From Octopus vulgaris (taxonomy: Eukaryota), in the NCBI GenBank assembly GCA_951406725.2, contig OX597820.1, forward strand, positions 33,728,001 to 33,792,000: DNA of 64,000 nt, written 5' to 3'. Below the pieces are notes generated by a model, which was not told the origin of the DNA, ran no database searches, and saw nothing but the letters and a program-made list of their open reading frames with translations. Shown here piece by piece: positions 11,001 to 24,122 of this stretch; positions within the stretch are counted from its first letter, which is position 1; every line of letters starts with the position of its first letter. Both the position numbers and the translations under genes were made by a program.

Positions 11001-11867
11001 CATAGAGGTATCTATACACACTTCACTTTTGTACACTGACTGATTTAGCATTAATATTATTCGTATATATTTAATTAGTTCTTCTATGTATTGTAATATC
11101 CTTTATTTTATTTCACATTAGCTGTTTTATTTAATCCTTTCACTCTGAGAGTTTTACTATTTCTATTTTTTCTTATGATATTATCCTAAACGTAATCTGT
11201 AATTATGTTAATTTGATAATAAAGGTGAATGGAAAATACGAATTACGACGGTCAGGTGCGTAATGTCCACGTGACTATTCTCACCACTCTTTATAAAAAT
11301 TTTACTAAATTAATTATTTTTTTAGTTATCATAAATCTCATAAGTCGTATCGGAAACATTTTCTTGCTTTTCTGATATATTTTATAATTAAAAAAAATAA
11401 TAAACTTCGCCCTTGTGATATGAAAAATGAAGCATTCTCTTTCCTTACGGAGTTGTCACTCCTAATTGTGAGTCAATACTATGTGGTTATTCAAACCGCT
11501 AAAAGTAGCAGTCAAATCTGCATTGTGTTAAAGAAAAGAAAAAAAGGATACATTAAATAATCTGATCCTAATAGAAACATTTTTGCTCGTAGATCAGCTT
11601 TCACAGGACTGGCATTAAATGTAAGAAACGTTGAAGACGTATATTTTGAGTACCAAAAGAGTTCTCTCTGTGTTTATTGGTTTTTAAACAAACAGCTAGT
11701 AATTTCGCATAGGCTTATATCATTTAGAAAGTAAAAGAAATAATAACATGGAGTTAAAGGCATCACAACAGTTCAGTGCTTCACCTCGACTTAGTTTCGT
11801 CTTGTGTTTCTCAGTATATATTTTTTAATGAAATCTTGTAACGACACGTTTTCAAAGGAACAAATGA

Positions 11868-11919
11868 AGGTTCATGGCTTTCTCACGAGGCGGTCCGTGC
11901 TCGATTCGTAGCATGAAAA
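11868..11919 (+). pseudogene. tRNA-Glu-like relic (copy 2)
   Basis: AGGTTCATGGCTTTCTCACGAGGCGGTCCGTGCTCGATTCGTAGCATGAAAA; paralog of 6520-6573. Confidence 0.45.
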
Positions 11920-12183
11920 CTTGTTTATAATAGGTTCAGTGTGATCAAACTGTTAAGAAGGTCGTTTCGTAAACCTGAGAACTCAGTTTCAATTTCGCTA
12001 CATCGTTGCTTGAGCAAGTATCATTGTTGGTACAACTTTCTAGAAAATGCTTATATTTCTGGGACAAACGTTCCCCCACCCCATCCCCGCTCTAACAACC
12101 CGTTTTAAATTTTTTTTTCGACACAACCACTCTCCCTCCCTCACTTTCGGCTTCGGGCAATACAAATCCGTAAAAAAATTGGC

Positions 12184-12420
12184 GGTTCTTTACCTTTTGA
12201 CCGACAGATTTAAAAAATATTTTTTGTAACTAAATACTTTCAAACTTCGTATACTTGTAGAATCTGTCACATAAAACATATTTTACTCTTGGCGTTGTTC
12301 AGAAAATTCTGTCTTTTGGAAGTTATTTTTTGTAAAATTTGTTGTTGACAAACAACTGCAGTAATTTTATTCAGCTGAATACACATCATTGATCGGTTGA
12401 AATTACCGAAATACGACAAC
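12184..12420. mobile_element. Single-arm fragment of the long-TIR MITE family seen at 27558-28139
   Basis: Starts GGTTCTTTACCTTTTGACCGACAGATTTAAAAAA, matching the TIR at 27558. Confidence 0.65.
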
Positions 12421-12649
12421 TTTATATATATATATATATATATATACCTATGCATATATGTGTATATATATATGTTAATATAAATGTATATATATATGTG
12501 CACATATATTTGTATACATACAGTTATATATATTTATGTTTGTATTTGTATGTATATATGTATGTACATAAATATATGTATATTTATGTCTATGTATATA
12601 TATATGTTTATATATACTTTATTTTAAGCAGCAGAAAATTCAACAAAAT

Positions 12650-12687
12650 CTGTTACTCTGAGTTTCTCGTTGCCGTTCATCAGACAG
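12650..12687 (-). ncRNA. Minimal type I hammerhead ribozyme motif (Penelope-like element end)
   Basis: Minus strand CTGT-CTGATGA-ACGGCAACGA-GAAA-CTCAGAG-TA-ACAG: conserved core, stem I CTGT/ACAG and short palindromic stem III. Confidence 0.6.
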
Positions 12688-13756
12688 TTTTTGCTAGAAT
12701 GGAACCGATATATCAATTCAATCTAGACTCTTACAAACGCTACACCTTTAAAAAGAAATGGACTTGTTTGATTGGCCCTTTAGAAAAAACGGTCAATCTT
12801 CGAGCGATAAACAAAAAGGTCAAAAATATATGTATATATATATATAAAAAACTTATAAAAATTATAAAATCCGAGGAAAAAAACCTTACATTGAATAAAA
12901 TACATATTGACTTTAATGAAGAAAGTATAAATTAATGCATAGAAATTAAACCTGTTATAAATATTACACTGCAATACATATTTATATTAAAATGTACATA
13001 TATATATATCAACATACACAAAAGGATGCGCGCAAACGCCATACATATACAGACGTATGAATCTAAATCTAAATATACACATAAATGCATGTGTACATAT
13101 ATTCACACAAAACATCTCGCACGCAAGTTAAAAATCATCTATGTAGCGATTCTCATATACTGAGTAAGGGGGGGGGGAACGAAAGAAAGGAAAGAGAGAA
13201 AAAGGAACGAAGGAGGGGTGGGGAAAAAAACGAAATAAGAAAAAATTATGTATACAAGCTGTGTAACGGCATTATTGGCATATATGGAGACAAGTATACA
13301 AACACAAATTCGAATGGATACATATACATACAGTCGTGTATATGTGTGCTTAAGCACAAACATACTCTCACTTACACATACACAGATACGCATGCTTACA
13401 AATACATATCCTTGGCTATACACATACTTATATCAACATTCTAATTTTGACAACATTGCTTTTTTTTTAAAAATGGGTGCATTAATAAAAATATATACGA
13501 AAGACATATAAAATAAAATATAACACCCTATTTTGGATCATTTATAAATAATCAAGGTAATATAAATAATCAAGGTAATCCTATACAATACAATAACATG
13601 AAAACAAGGTCGAAGGTTTTTCCTAATGTATATGTGGAAACATAAGACTTTGCTATACGGATTAAGATCCGCATAGCTTGGAAACAAAATCCATCGTAGC
13701 GCTCATATATATATATATATATGTCTACATATATATATGTGTATATCTATATGTAT

Positions 13757-14165
13757 GAAGGTGTATGGCTTAGTGGTTAGGGGCATTCGGCTCGTGATCG
13801 TAAGGTCGTAAGTTCAATTCCCAGACTCGCGTTGTGTCCTTGACACTTTATTTCATGTTGCTCCATGTTAACCAATCAATTGCCTCTAGTGAGCTAAAAT
13901 CATTTGCTGCGTCTAAAACTGAGACAACATCCTGTCACTAACCCTAACCCTCACCCTCACCCTAAATTTTAGTATTTCGAGTAGTACCTGTATTTCAAAG
14001 GGCCAGCCTTGTCACGCACTGTCTTATGCTGAATTTCCCCAAGAACTACGTTAAGGGTACACGTTTTTGTGGAGTGCTCAGCCACTTGCACGTTAATTTC
14101 ATGAGCAAGCTGTTCCATTGATTGGATCAGCTGGGACCCTCTGTCATAGCAACTGACAGAGTGTT
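13757..14165 (+). mobile_element. tRNA-derived SINE (composite/diverged)
   Basis: TGGCTTAGTGGTTAGGG...AGTTCAATTCCC A/B boxes followed by GTGTCCTTGA. A short CCCTAA-like run lies at about 13939-13965. Confidence 0.6.
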
Positions 14166-14229
14166 CCTATATCTATATGTATATATATATATATAATATA
14201 TATATATCCTCTGTCTTCCCTTCTCCTTT

Positions 14230-14264
14230 GTTTCCGATGAAGACCTCCGCTCGAAACGTTAAAC
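14230..14264 (+). ncRNA. Degenerate minimal hammerhead motif (PLE-type)
   Basis: GTTT-CCGATGA-AGACCTCCGCTC-GAAA-CGT-TA-AAC. One core mismatch (CCGATGA) and an imperfect stem II. Confidence 0.45.
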
Positions 14265-14361
14265 CCTCCTTCCCTTCTTTCCTGAGCGTCAAATAATACT
14301 TTAATTGTTCCACGTCCTCGCGTTGCTGTGTTTTTTTCTGTGTTTTCTTGTTTGGATTAAC

Positions 14362-14424
<63 letters not shown>

Positions 14425-14492
14425 CTATATGCATATATAGATATGTGTGTGCGTGTGTGTGTGTATATATGTGCATATATATATATGTTTTG

Positions 14493-14535
<43 letters not shown>

Positions 14536-14659
14536 GTTTATGTGTATTATGTATATGTGTGTGTAGATATGCATATGTATATATATATGTACGTATATGT
14601 ATACATATATATATGTATATATACATATATGTGTGTATATATATATACGAGTGTGTACC

Positions 14660-17000
14660 CCACAACATAGACTGATAGTTAGTGACTTTAGGATCAGGAC
14701 TAAGAGGACGACTAGAAGATGACCAACATGGAGAAGAAGGGTCTGGAAGCTTAAAGATCCTGCGAATGGACAGAGATTTAGAGACATGTTACTTGAAGCC
14801 TTTGACAAAATAGAAGGGGGTATAGCTACACATAGGGTAGAAGACAACTGGACGCTTCTAAGGGACAACCTGCTGAAAGCCACTGACCAGATCTGTGGCT
14901 GGTGCAAAGTCCCCTCAAGACCCAAAATAACATGGTGGTGGAACAATATTGTTGACAGGGCTATTAGACAAAAGAAACAGGCTTGGAAGGACTGGAAGAA
15001 CGGTGGTAGCAGGGAAGTGTACCAGACTACCAGAAGGGAAGCTAGGAGGCAGGTGTATTTAGCCAGAGGGGAAGCAGATAAGAAAAAATTTGCCAATGTT
15101 CTGCGCCGTGAGGATTAAAGACTTGAGGTATTTCGTGTTGCAAGACAGTGTGTGAGAGAGAATCGTGACTTGGTAGGAGAGAAATGTTTTCACAAGGATG
15201 ACGGTTCACTTGCGCTAAATGAGGATGCAAACAGAGAGGTTTGGAGACGCCACTATGAAAGGTTGCTGAATGAGGAAAATGAATGGGATAAAGAGAGTCT
15301 GCCGAATGTCGACCCAACAGAGGGACCAGCAATCCAAGTTGATAGTTCCTTAAGGGAAAGCCCCAGGCCCATCAGGAATTACTGCAGAGATGCTCAAAAT
15401 ATCTGGTAGTGTAGGCTATAGCCTAGTCACCCGTATAGTTAACCAGGTGATACACGAAGGAGTCATTCCCAATGACTGGTGTAGCAGCATAATAGTCAAC
15501 TGCTACAAAGGTAAAGGTGACGCCCTAGATACAAATAACTACAGGGGTATCAAGCTACTGGATCAGGTAATGAAGGTTACGGAGAGGGTTATAGCCCAAC
15601 TAATTAGAGAGAGAGTTAGCTTAGATGAGATGCAGTTTGGGTTCGTGCCAGGGAAAAGTACTACTGATGCTATATTCCTGGTAAGACGGCTGCAGGAGAA
15701 ATACCTAGCCAAAGATAAGCCCCTGTACCTGGCTTTTGTTGGCATGGAGAAAGCCTTGGTCAATGAGGAAACTAGGGATAGATGAATGGTTAGTGAGAGC
15801 TGTGCGAGTCATGTACAGAGATGCTGCTAGTAAGGTGAGGGTTGGCAACGAGTACAGTGAAGAATTCCGGGTAGAGGTTGGGGTCCACCAAGGTTCAGTC
15901 CTCAGTCCCCTCCTATTTATCATAGTCCTCCAGGCAATAATGGAGGAATTCAAGACAGGATGCCCCTGGGAGCTCCTCTATGCTGATGACCTTGCTCTAA
16001 TTACTGAGTCACTATCAGAACTGGAGGAGAAGTTTCAGGTGTGGAAACAAGGATTAGAATCGAAGGGCCTTAGAGTCAATCTAGCTAAAACCAAAGTCGT
16101 AATCAGTAGGAAGGTAGACAAATCACAAACGCCTTCAGGTAGATGGCCCTGCTCGATCTGTAGAAAAGGTGTAGGTAGAAACTCTATAAGGTGCACCAAG
16201 TGAAAGCTATGGACACATAAGAGGTGCAGCAATGTCAAAGGAAGGCTAACTAGGAAAATAGTTTTTGTCTGCGGCAGATGCTCAGGAGCAATAAACACTG
16301 AAAATGTGCAGAGACCAACTTCTACCACGTTCCAGGGAGAAAAACTAGAAGTAGTTGATAGCTTCCGCTACCTAGGTGACCAAGTCAGTAGCAGGGGTGG
16401 GTGTGCTGAAAGTGTAACTGCTAGAGTAAGAATAGCCTGGGCAAAGTTCAGAGAGTTCTTACCCCTGCTGGTGATAAAAGGCCTCTCGCTCAGAGTAAAA
16501 GGCAGACTGTATGATGCATGTGTACGAACAGCCATGCTACATGGTAGTGAAACATGGGCTGTGACTGCTGAGGATATGCGTAAGCTCGCAAGAAATGAAG
16601 CCAGTATGCTCCGATGGATGTGTAATGTCAGTGTTCATAATCGACAGAGTATAAGTGCCTTGAGAGAAAAGTTGGACCTAAGAAGCATCAGTTGTGGTGT
16701 GCAAGAGAGACGTTTGCGCTGGTATGGTCATGTGACGAGAATGGCTGAAGATAGTTGTGTGCAAAAGTGCCACACCCTAGCGGTTGAGGGAACCTGTGGA
16801 AGAGGTAGACCTAGGAAAACTTGGGACGAGGTGGTGAAGCACGGCCTTCGAACTTTAGGTCTCACCAAGGAAATGACTAGAGACCGAGACCTATGGAAGT
16901 ATGCTGTGCATGAAAAGACCCGGCAAGACTAGTGAGACCATAACCCGTGGCCTCTACCTGGTATGTAGCCAGTCGACTTATACATACCTTTCCTTCTTGG
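14660..17000 (+). mobile_element. RTE-clade LINE, 5'-truncated, frameshifted RT
   Basis: NYRGIKLL, QFGFVPGKSTTDAIF, GVHQGSVLSPLLF, LLYADDL, FRYLGD, RRLRWYGHV, GRGRPRKTW. Confidence 0.95.
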
Positions 17001-17116
17001 GACACAAAACTCCACTTGTGAAGATCCGTTGAGGCAAGTGAAAATCAAAATCAAAACAAATCAGATATCAGAAAGCAGAACCAAAATCGAAGTCGATCAA
17101 CATCAATATAAATCGG

Positions 17117-17420
17117 GGGACCCTGTCAAAGGCTTTCTCCAAGTCCACGAAAGCTATGTAGAGGGGTTTATCTTCAGCTAGGTATTTCTCCTGCAGTTGT
17201 CAAACAAGGAATATGACATCAGTGGTGCTTCTACCTGGCACAAAACCGAACTGCATCTCATCTAAGCAGACTCTCTCCCTAATGAGATAGGCTATGACCC
17301 TCTCTGTGACCTTCATCACCTGATCCAACAGTTTAATACCCCTGTAGTTATTTCTATCTAGAGCATCACCTTTACCCTTGTAGCAGTTGACTATGGTGCT
17401 GCTATGCCAGTCATTGGGTA
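17117..17420 (-). mobile_element. RTE RT fragment (diverged, inverted)
   Basis: Reverse complement encodes an IVNCYKGKGDALDRNNYRGIKLL...EKAFDRVP-like segment. Confidence 0.8.
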
Positions 17421-17760
17421 TATGTATAAATATTCATATATGCCTATATGTATATATATATGTATGAATATATATGTGTGGATATTTATACATATATGTG
17501 TATATATATATATATATAAATATATATGTGTGGATATTTATACATATATGTGTATATATATATATATATAAATATATATGTGTGGATATTTATACATATA
17601 TGTGTATATATATATATATATATAAATATATATGTGTGGATATTTATACATATATGTGTATATATATATATATATAAATATATATGTGTGGATATTTATA
17701 CATATATGTGTGTATATATATATATATATAAATATATATGTGTGGATATTTATACATATA

Positions 17761-17815
<55 letters not shown>

Positions 17816-17821
17816 CATATA

Positions 17822-17865
<44 letters not shown>

Positions 17866-17891
17866 GATATTTATACATATATGTGTGTGTG

Positions 17892-17934
<43 letters not shown>

Positions 17935-18090
17935 ATATCTGTGTATATGTATATGTGTGTGTGTGTGTATATATGTGTGTGTGTGTATATATGTGTATGT
18001 ATATGTATATATATGTGTGTATATATGTATGTATATATATATGTGTGTATATATGTATATTTATACATATGTATTAGTATGTATGTATGT
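17420..18090. repeat. Microsatellite with ~52-54-bp minisatellite unit (ATATGTGTGGATATTTATACATATATGTG(TA)n)
   Basis: The unit GTGTGGATATTTATACATAT recurs about seven times, then grades into (TG)/(TA). Confidence 0.9.
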
Positions 18091-18804
18091 GGTAATGTGA
18101 AGCACTTGTGGCTGTGTCACGTAAATGAGCTGGTGTGGCACCGCATAGAAGTGCACACAAAAGAGCCCATGCATTGCCATGCTTTTAAATTCATTTCATT
18201 TAAAGTAATTATGTAATTATGCATTTAATGGTGTTCATCTCAATGTAACACTTGTTCAGTACTATAACTGTTAGTGTAAAACTGTATTTTTTATATTGAA
18301 TTTTTACAATGTGTCACACTGGCAGAATTGTTTGCATGCTTAGCAGCAATTTATCTGTCTTAATGGGTCTGAGTTAAAATTTCGCCATGGTCAACATTGC
18401 CTTTTATCTTTTCAGGGTCAATAAAATAAGAACCTGTTGATGACTATAGTCTATGTAATTGACTTACCCTATCCCTGAAATTGCTGGCCCTGTACCAAAA
18501 ATTTGAAATGGATATTACGTTTGATAATTTTTAGTTTTGTTTATATGGATTCTTATTTTTCTTTGTTTTAGTTTTTGTTTGTTTGTTTTTTTAACAAGAA
18601 ATGAAAATATTTAATATTTAATAGCAATAATAAACTACCATGAAACAAAATTGAAACAACATCACAACAGAATTCTTTTATTCTGTGAGCTTGTCTCATA
18701 CATAAAATGATTAAAAAAAATTGGTTGGAGTCCTTAATATATGATATATATTTTCAAAATCAGAGCATTTTTACTAAAGAAAACATACTAAAATAAAATA
18801 AAAA

Positions 18805-19490
18805 TTGTATTTAAATATTGGCAATTGGAATGTCAGAACAATGTATGTGATCAGGAAAACTGCTGAAAAGGACACTGAAGATGTGGATGAGTTCACCTAT
18901 CTAGGTACAATTGTTAGTAAAGAAGGTGGTGGACGGGAAGATATAAGCAGAATCAATAGAGCCAGAAGTGTGTTTATCAAATTGGACGAAGTACGGTGAT
19001 CAAAATAGTTGGGAAGGGATACAAAAATCAAACTCTACAAAATGCTGGTAAGACCTATACTTCTTTATGATTGTGAAACATGGAAAATAAAGAATAGTTA
19101 TGAGAGAAAACTGGATTCTTTTCGGTACAAAGACTTGAAGAAAATGGAGCAGATAGGGTAGCCAAACAGCATATCAATGGATGAACTCAACAAAATAACC
19201 CAAGTCCCCAGGATAAGCCAAAAAGTAAAAAAGGGAAAGATGGAATTGGATTGGACATGTATTGAGAAAGGAACCCAATTATCATTGCATGATTGCTTTG
19301 ACTTGGCAACCTGAGGGGGAGAGAAAAGTTGGTAGACTAAAAACTACATGGGGAAGGATAGTGGAAAAGGAAAGGAATCAAGTTGGATGGTCATCATGGA
19401 ATGCAGCAAGAAAACTTTCAAAACAGTGAGATAAATGGAAAATGAGCATGGAGACCTTATGTGCCAGCTGGCACGAAGAGGATAGATAGA
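18805..19490 (+). mobile_element. Internally deleted (bipartite) RTE element
   Basis: APE N-terminus IGNWNVRTM is fused almost directly to post-RT EDVDEFTYLG, followed by a WIGHVLRK-type C-terminus and a GATA-repeat tail. Confidence 0.7.
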
Positions 19491-19515
19491 TATACACACA
19501 CACACACACACATTC

Positions 19516-19561
<46 letters not shown>

Positions 19562-20073
19562 TATTTGTTTATTCAATTTACTTGCATTATAAATTTTTTG
19601 GTGGTATATGTATATATATATAGGCGTGGCTGTGTGGTAAGAAGCTTGCTTCCAAACTATATGGTTCTGGGTTTAGTCCCACTGTATGGCACTTTGTGGC
19701 CTTGGGCCAAGCAAAGTCTTATGAATGGATCTGGTAGATGGAAACTGAAAGAAGCGTGTTGTGTGTGTATGTGTCTGTGTGTGTGTGTAAAGATTCAGGT
19801 GAATAAGGCACTTAAATGGTAACGGTTGAGTCAGAAATAAAATGTATAAACAGCAACTATAGATGAATACAAATACTGGTACTGAGGTACAGGAAGAAAG
19901 ATATTCAGGTTATGCATACTGTTAATTGAACCCAACTGAGTATATCATCAGCCCTTGGACTAATTCAGAAACATACATTATATTAAATATACAGTCCTTA
20001 ATATACTTTGGAACATGCTACAAGCACATTCTGAGAGAGCTGAAGCATAAATAAAAAAAAATAACAAATAATG

Positions 20074-20182
20074 GATAGGTGTCAATTCATCACAGCTGTT
20101 TCCAATGAATTTATATTTATTAATATACTCATTAATCAATTAATAAATTTGTTGGAAACAGCTGTAATGAATTGACACCTAT
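20074..20182. repeat. Inverted repeat (PLE-terminus-like) abutting the Penelope ORF
   Basis: GATAGGTGTCAATTCATCACAGCTGTTTCCAA ... TTGGAAACAGCTGTAATGAATTGACACCTATC. Confidence 0.8.
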
Positions 20183-21900
20183 CTCAAGGGGGCAGCCATC
20201 GGCGTTAGTATTGCCGGTGATGTGGCAACCTTTTCAGGGTATGGTGGGATAGAAGGCTTAAGGAACACCTGACACAGAACTCCATACTCGTGAACATGTA
20301 CTCTCGCTATGTTGATATCAACATAGTGATAAAGGCACCCCCACAAGGGAGTACTCTTGAAACTAATACTATAGAGAGCATTCAGCAAATAGCTAACTCC
20401 ATCCACCAGAGTATTAAGGTCACGGTAGACTACCCTACTAAACACCTTAACCATAGACTACCAGTAATAGATACAGAACTCTGGCTGGAAACTGAGAATA
20501 ATAAAACTTGAATCCTTCATTCACACTATGCCAAACCTATGGCCTCCAAATACTTGATCCACTGGAACTCAGTTATCGTAGACAATGCCAAATTCAATAT
20601 TTTGATGGCAGACCTCGTCAGAATAATGCAAAATTTGTCCCACATGTGCGACCCAACAGAGTCAAAGAGACACATACATTTCATTCACCGCATGCAGTTC
20701 TCAGGTTACAGCCATAAAGAAAGGATCAGAGTATACAAAGAAGCCACGAAGAAATTTGATACTATCATATGTAATGATAGGAATGGGATTTGCCCACTCT
20801 ATAGGAGCAAGTCATGGAACACTATTGAAAGGACTAAGAAGAAAATAGGGAAGGCCAACTCTTGGTATGATAGCCACAAATACCAGAGTGTCATGTTCAT
20901 CGACACCACCCCTAGAGGCGAACTGGCATACTGCTTTAGAAGGGCCCTAGACAAACTTAAGCTAGGATTAAGGTTGTTGAAAGGCCAGGCAACCCTATCA
21001 AATCCCTAATCGGTAGAACCTACCCTTTTAGTAGAACCCTCTGTACAGATAGGAACTGTACTGTGTGTAGATTTAGCCCACAAACAAACTGTAAAGCCAG
21101 AAATGTAGTCTATAGTATGAGATGTACAGAGGGACGATGCAGCAACAAGACAATGACATACGTAGGGGAAACGGCACGGAGCATAGGAGAGCGGGTAAAT
21201 GAACATTGAAGAGAACTTAAGGAATAAAAGAGCTCATCGGTTCTGTGCCAGCATGCCGAGCAGGAACACGGGGGCTCACTCAACAACATAGAAGTTAAAA
21301 TCTTGTTCACAGATAGAACAGATGCAACAATTAGACAAATTACAGAAGCTACACACATAATAGAAGATAAACCTAGCCTGAATAGGAAACTGGAATGGAA
21401 CACTAACACACCCCCAACACACCACAACATATGACAGAATAAGATCCCCATAAACTGATAACAATATAAACAAAACTAAAAACATAACAAAATACACAGA
21501 TAAATAAATGGAATTAAATAACTATATACATTAACAAAATTTTTTAAAAATTTAATTAAATAAAAAAACAAAAAAATAATAAGTAGGCATAAACACATGG
21601 ACAAAATAAACAAAAACAAATTACACAAACGTGTATAAACAAGAGATACAAATATTACAGGCCCTTTCCCCTCCACACACACACACTAACTAAACATAGA
21701 CACACATAGGGGTATATGCATGTGCAAATAAAGACACATACAACAGGAATACAAAATACAAAATGGCTGACCGTTAGTAAGGAGAGACACACAAATAAGA
21801 AAGCAGAAAGCAAAGGACCACTGATGAGGTCATAGAAGTATGACGAAAGAACTCTGGCTGAAATAAGATTAAGATTAATGTAAAAAATAAATAAAGCTGA
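20183..21900 (+). mobile_element. Penelope-like element relic (RT core, C-terminal GIY-YIG, 3' hammerhead)
   Basis: GAAIGVSIAGDVA, YSRYVD, LPVIDTELW, HYAKPMASKYLIH, YVGETARSIGERVNEH, IRQITEATHI..KPSLNRK across broken frames. Confidence 0.85.
21818..21857 (+). ncRNA. Minimal type I hammerhead ribozyme at the PLE 3' region
   Basis: CCA-CTGATGA-G-GTCATA(GAAG)TATGAC-GAAA-GAAC-TC-TGG: intact core, 6-bp stem II, stem I CCA/TGG. Confidence 0.7.
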
Positions 21901-22311
21901 AGCAAATTAACACCAAATATCTAGTGCATGTGTTTTTATTGGCTAAACTGGTAACATGACCATTCCTAAATACAACATCTGTTTCAACACACGATTTCAC
22001 ATCAAGAATCTTGCAAAACAAATATATAAACATAACAATGTTTGATAACAATTATTCGAAAATTTGAAAACAATTATTTGAAAAACAGTTATTCAAAATA
22101 AATATCATTTGTGTACTTGATTTTTAATGTTATCATTTTTGTTAAAATAAAATAAAGAATTTTAGAATTATTAACATTTCATATAACTCTCCTTTTGAAT
22201 AATTTTCATTCACACAATTTTCCATTTGAATAAATGCTTTTTGAATAATTGTTTTCGAACAATTATTTTTGTACAATGTTCACATAATTCACCTATCCAT
22301 CGTTTGCTGTA

Positions 22312-23347
22312 CAGTGATCCCTTGCTACTTCGCGGTTCAACTACCATGGATTCACGACTTCACAGATTTTTAAAACATATATATATATGTATATATATGT
22401 ATGTATATATAAACATATATATATATGTATATATATGTATGTATATATATGTATGTGCGTGTGTGTTTGTGTGTCTGTGTTTGTCCCCCTAGCATTGCTT
22501 AACAACCGATGCTGGTGTGTTTACGTCCCCGTCACTTAGCGGTTCGGCAAAAGAGACTGATAGAATAAGTACTGGGCTTACAAAGAATAAGTCCCGGGGT
22601 TGAGTTGCTCGACTAAAGGCGGTGCTCCAGCATGGCTGCAGTCAAATGACTGAAACAATTAAAAGAGTAAAAGAGTTTATATGAACACCTAAAATTTTTC
22701 ATTAAATCCAAAGAAGAAATGCAGCAAGAAACAGAAGTTGTCGACCAAATTGGCTTGTCTTTGGAACGGCTGGCCAAGCTCTGCAACCTGGCTAAAGAAT
22801 TGAAAGAGGGGTCACAGGAATGGGATGACGATATGGTTCGTTTTGCAACAAGGTCGACGAAGTCGTGAATCCCTACAAGATGCTCTGTGAATGGAAGAAG
22901 AAGCAGCGGCAGCAACTTCCTATCACAATGTTTTTGCAACCTCGCAAAAAATAAAGCCAGTTCCTTCTGCTACTACTACGGCTGCACCTTCGGAAGAAGT
23001 GGAAGAGGTGTCCCAGGAAAGGGCACCGCTGTCAGCTTCATCATCATCATCATTTCTACTGCACAGTAAATTCATCACCATCATCATTCAAATTTTACTT
23101 CAACTTCTATCGTGTTGAGTACAGTAACAATCTTTATTTTTTTAAATCTAAAGTGTTATTGCTTAACAGTTGTCCTTGTTATTAATAGACAACTGTAATA
23201 GGTGGGTTGTTAACAGTATAGGGAGAGTTTTAAAAGTCCAAATACACGTTAAATAAATACTGTAAATATGGTGTCCCTACTTCGTGGAAATTCAGATATC
23301 GCGGCCGGTCTTGGAACCAATATACCACGATAAATGAGGGATCACTG
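22312..23347 (+). mobile_element. pogo/Tigger-like DNA transposon, internally deleted, with nested SINE (22380-22678)
   Basis: Termini CAGTGATCCCT...AGGGATCACTG with TA at the left. C-terminal transposase-like peptide ...LERLAKLCNLAKELKE..EWDDDMVR...KKKQRQQLPITMF. Confidence 0.75.
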
Positions 23348-23774
23348 AATATATATATATATTTATGTATGTGTGTGTGTCTCTGTTCATCCTCCCCACC
23401 ACCACTTGACAACCACTGTTAGTTTGTTCATGTCCCTAACACTTAGCAGTTCAGCAAAAAGAGACTGACAGAACAAGTGCTGGGGTCAATTCATTTTACT
23501 AAAAGTTCTTCCCAGCATGGCCACAGTCTATCATACACGTGTGTGTGTGTGAGGATGGAGGAGGTGAATAGCAGAGCAGTGAGGGTGTTATTCATAAGAT
23601 TGTGGATTCAATTCCTGGACTATGCAGTGCATTTTGTGCTTGACTAAACCACTTCATTTCACACTCCTCCAGTCCACTCAGCTGGCGAAAAAGAATAATC
23701 CTGTGACAGACTGTCTTTATTTATTGCGACATCAATAAATTATTATTTAAATAAGCAAAAGATAAAATATATAT

Positions 23775-24005
23775 TTATAATAAATGCGCCCTTTTAAAGC
23801 CTAGCCAGGCTCATAGGCCCGGTTTCCATAGCGTATGTATTCCCCAGCTGGACGGGACGCCAGTTCATCGCAGCGTTACTCATTTTTTTTTTTGCCAGCT
23901 GAGTGGACTGGAGCAACGTGAACACAGCGCGCCGCCCGATCCAGGATTCGAAACCACAATCTTATGATCATGATGCTGACACCCTAACCACTAAGCCACG
24001 CACTT
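23775..24005 (-). mobile_element. tRNA-derived SINE with V-domain-like core
   Basis: Minus strand GTGGCTTAGTGGTTAGGG...GGTTTCGAATCC, core GCGATGAACTGGCGTCCCGTCCAG. Tail shared with 56128-56430. Confidence 0.7.
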
Positions 24006-24122
24006 CACACACACACACACACACATACATATATATATATATTTATATATACCGGAGTAAACACATAAATGTGATACAAGGTGGAAAAAAGAGTACTCAA
24101 ATACCAGTGGTAGAGTAATATG

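Larger units (their letters stand above)
6923..12060. repeat. Left arm of inverted segmental duplication (U2 locus copy 1)
   Basis: Reverse complement of about 42420-45783. Near-identical ORFs 8024-8272 vs 44656-44904 and 8961-9149 vs 43774-43962. Confidence 0.92.

Noticed and set aside
17117-17420. Inverted RTE piece as a twin-priming product of the adjacent RTE
   Set aside because: It lies 3' of the element and is clearly diverged from the matching region at 15470-15760, so it is a separate insertion.
17470-17880. Regularly spaced repeats resembling a CRISPR array
   Set aside because: The spacers are (TA)n, the context is eukaryotic and there are no cas genes; it is a minisatellite.
22680-23118. 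Possible host exon
   Set aside because: Lies between pogo/Tigger-like TIRs and resembles a transposase C-terminus.
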